A DNA stretch of 63,805 nucleotides, filler included, from Diploschistes diacapsis (Eukaryota), in assembly GCA_023645945.1 (NCBI GenBank). It is 22 parts of 22 records of this genome, joined end to end, with 100 filler letters (N's around TTAATTAATTAA, not from the genome) between each part and the next. Parts side by side here need not be neighbours in the genome. Positions count along the whole stretch, not along the records: positions 62,002 to 63,805 come from JALAIB010002604.1; 21 more parts are not named here. One strand, given 5' to 3'. Made by a program: the position numbers and the translations under genes. Shown here in pieces: positions 62,357-63,805 of the stretch. How positions within the stretch are numbered: the stretch's first letter is position 1; the number at the start of each line of letters is the position of its first letter. The notes beneath the pieces are model-generated. The model was not told the origin of the DNA. It was given only the letters and a program-made list of their open reading frames with translations, and searched no databases.

Positions 62357-63805
62357 AAAACTTTTCGTGATGTTTAAAAGAAAGAAGGAAGAAATAATAA
62401 AAGATTTTAAGTACAAGGTTTTAGACGCGTAAATCAATTATACGCCCGTTATTAACGATCTATATCGGCCTTTTATTCTTAACGCGTCTTATTTAATTCT
62501 TAATAAGTCCTATTAATTTCAAACAATTCGTCTTCCGCCCGTCCAATCCAATCAGAATAGAATATTTTAGAATTCTATATCCAACGATCGTCCTATTATT
62601 TATTACTTCTGCCATAAAGATGGCTATTATAAATACGCTGTTTATTATTACAACCGCTTTTCCAAAATAGGGACATCCATATATAAAAAAATAAGATCTT
62701 CGTCAATCCGAATAACTATCTATAAGTACAGCAGGCCAACCTTTATAGGTAGGACATAATAATAAAAAAACTCATGTTCCAGGTTAATAATTAAAAAAAG
62801 ACTTATAAAAACAAAGCCCTTTCGAATCCTCGTCCTTCACAGCAGGTCTAAACTAGATCCTTATACCAAATGTCAGCCTATAATGTGGTTAATACTAGAT
62901 TTGGGCCTAAAGATTTCGAAAAAGAGGAAAGTAACGAAAAGATGATAGAACGCTTTTTTATTTAGTCATACGAGGCCAATTATTAAGATATATATGAAAT
63001 TAATACGATAACTAGGAAACGCCCTACTAAATAATAGAAAGATATATTTAAACGAAGAAACCTTTTGGACCCGAAATTTAACGAACGACGTCGAGTAGTA
63101 AAAGAAAAGACGATCGAAGAATAACGGTTCCCATAAAACAAAAGCGTTAGAGAAGGAAGGTACATACGGTTTATTATTATTATTTTATAGTCTGCTATAT
63201 CTGATAGTACGGAAAGACGAGAGCCGGACATATAGGAGATTATTATGAAAGATGCCGCCGAGGAACCTAAAGAGGCAGATCGGGAAATATAAATAGTTTC
63301 ACCCAGCGAAAATGTATCGGGAAGGATTTTGATGAATCGTTTCCGTATTCCCGCCGTCCGAAAGCTAAGGATCTCCGGAAAAGCAGCCATTGATTTATTA
63401 AAAGAATAAGCTCTTAAGATTGCTAGAAGGACGGAAATCAAGATTACTTTAGAAAAAGCTTTTTAGATAGGAATCATGAGCTTATTTTAAAAAGAATTGA
63501 AGAATTATGCCGTCGAAAAGAATGCTCGCGTCGAAAAACCGGGACCGGAGAACTCTATTTATTCTACGCATAACCTATCCGCCAGACAGCCTTACACGTA
63601 TAATATTAATTTAAAATAATTAACCGATATAATAAATTTATAATTATAAAATATTATATATTCGGTTATTTATCCGGAAACAATAATCATGATCGAGAAT
63701 TATCGGATTAGTATATTATTTAATAACAGCTCGAAAGTGAATATACTAAAGAAATATATAATAAATTAATTAAATTTAGCGATTATTTTTTATAAAGAGA
63801 TTTTC

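Noticed and set aside
35236..63805. AT-rich contigs as mitochondrial, bacterial or alternative-genetic-code DNA
   Set aside because: Recognisable retrotransposon motifs with CpA->TpA stops and retained CpG indicate RIP-mutated nuclear repeats
62400..63805. ORF 62983-63441 (-) as a host gene
   Set aside because: No domain; the opposite strand looks like a degraded retroelement gag/protease-like frame, too weak to call

Overview
This is not one locus. It is 22 separate contigs of a filamentous ascomycete (Pezizomycotina) genome joined by 21 artificial 100-nt spacers (44 N + TTAATTAATTAA + 44 N). Twenty-one contigs are about 1.8 kb. Nineteen of these are AT-rich transposon debris with a strong RIP signature (CpA->TpA): chromodomain Ty3/Gypsy and Ty1/Copia fragments, several LTR families, a complete TRIM, pogo/Fot1-like remnants, a foldback element and a non-autonomous hAT-like family with 8-bp TSDs. 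The other two short contigs carry host genes (gluconokinase; the 5' end of a conserved uncharacterised gene). The one long contig (11524-35135) holds a decaying tailoring-enzyme cluster: hotdog thioesterase, GMC oxidoreductase (pseudo), Pth11/SAT4-like membrane protein (pseudo), P450 (pseudo), intact SAM methyltransferase, UstYa/DUF3328 oxidase (pseudo), zinc butanediol-dehydrogenase-like gene (pseudo), intact asparagine-synthetase-like amidotransferase and a frameshifted enoyl-reductase-like gene. It ends at the housekeeping pair PEX2 / KAP120. The most novel-looking signals are (i) an antisense Zn(II)2Cys6-like + coiled-coil ORF beside the PPT/3' LTR in three diverged Gypsy copies and (ii) the backbone-less UstYa/P450/methyltransferase/amidotransferase cluster remnant. 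Family assignments come from motif recognition by eye; no searches were run.
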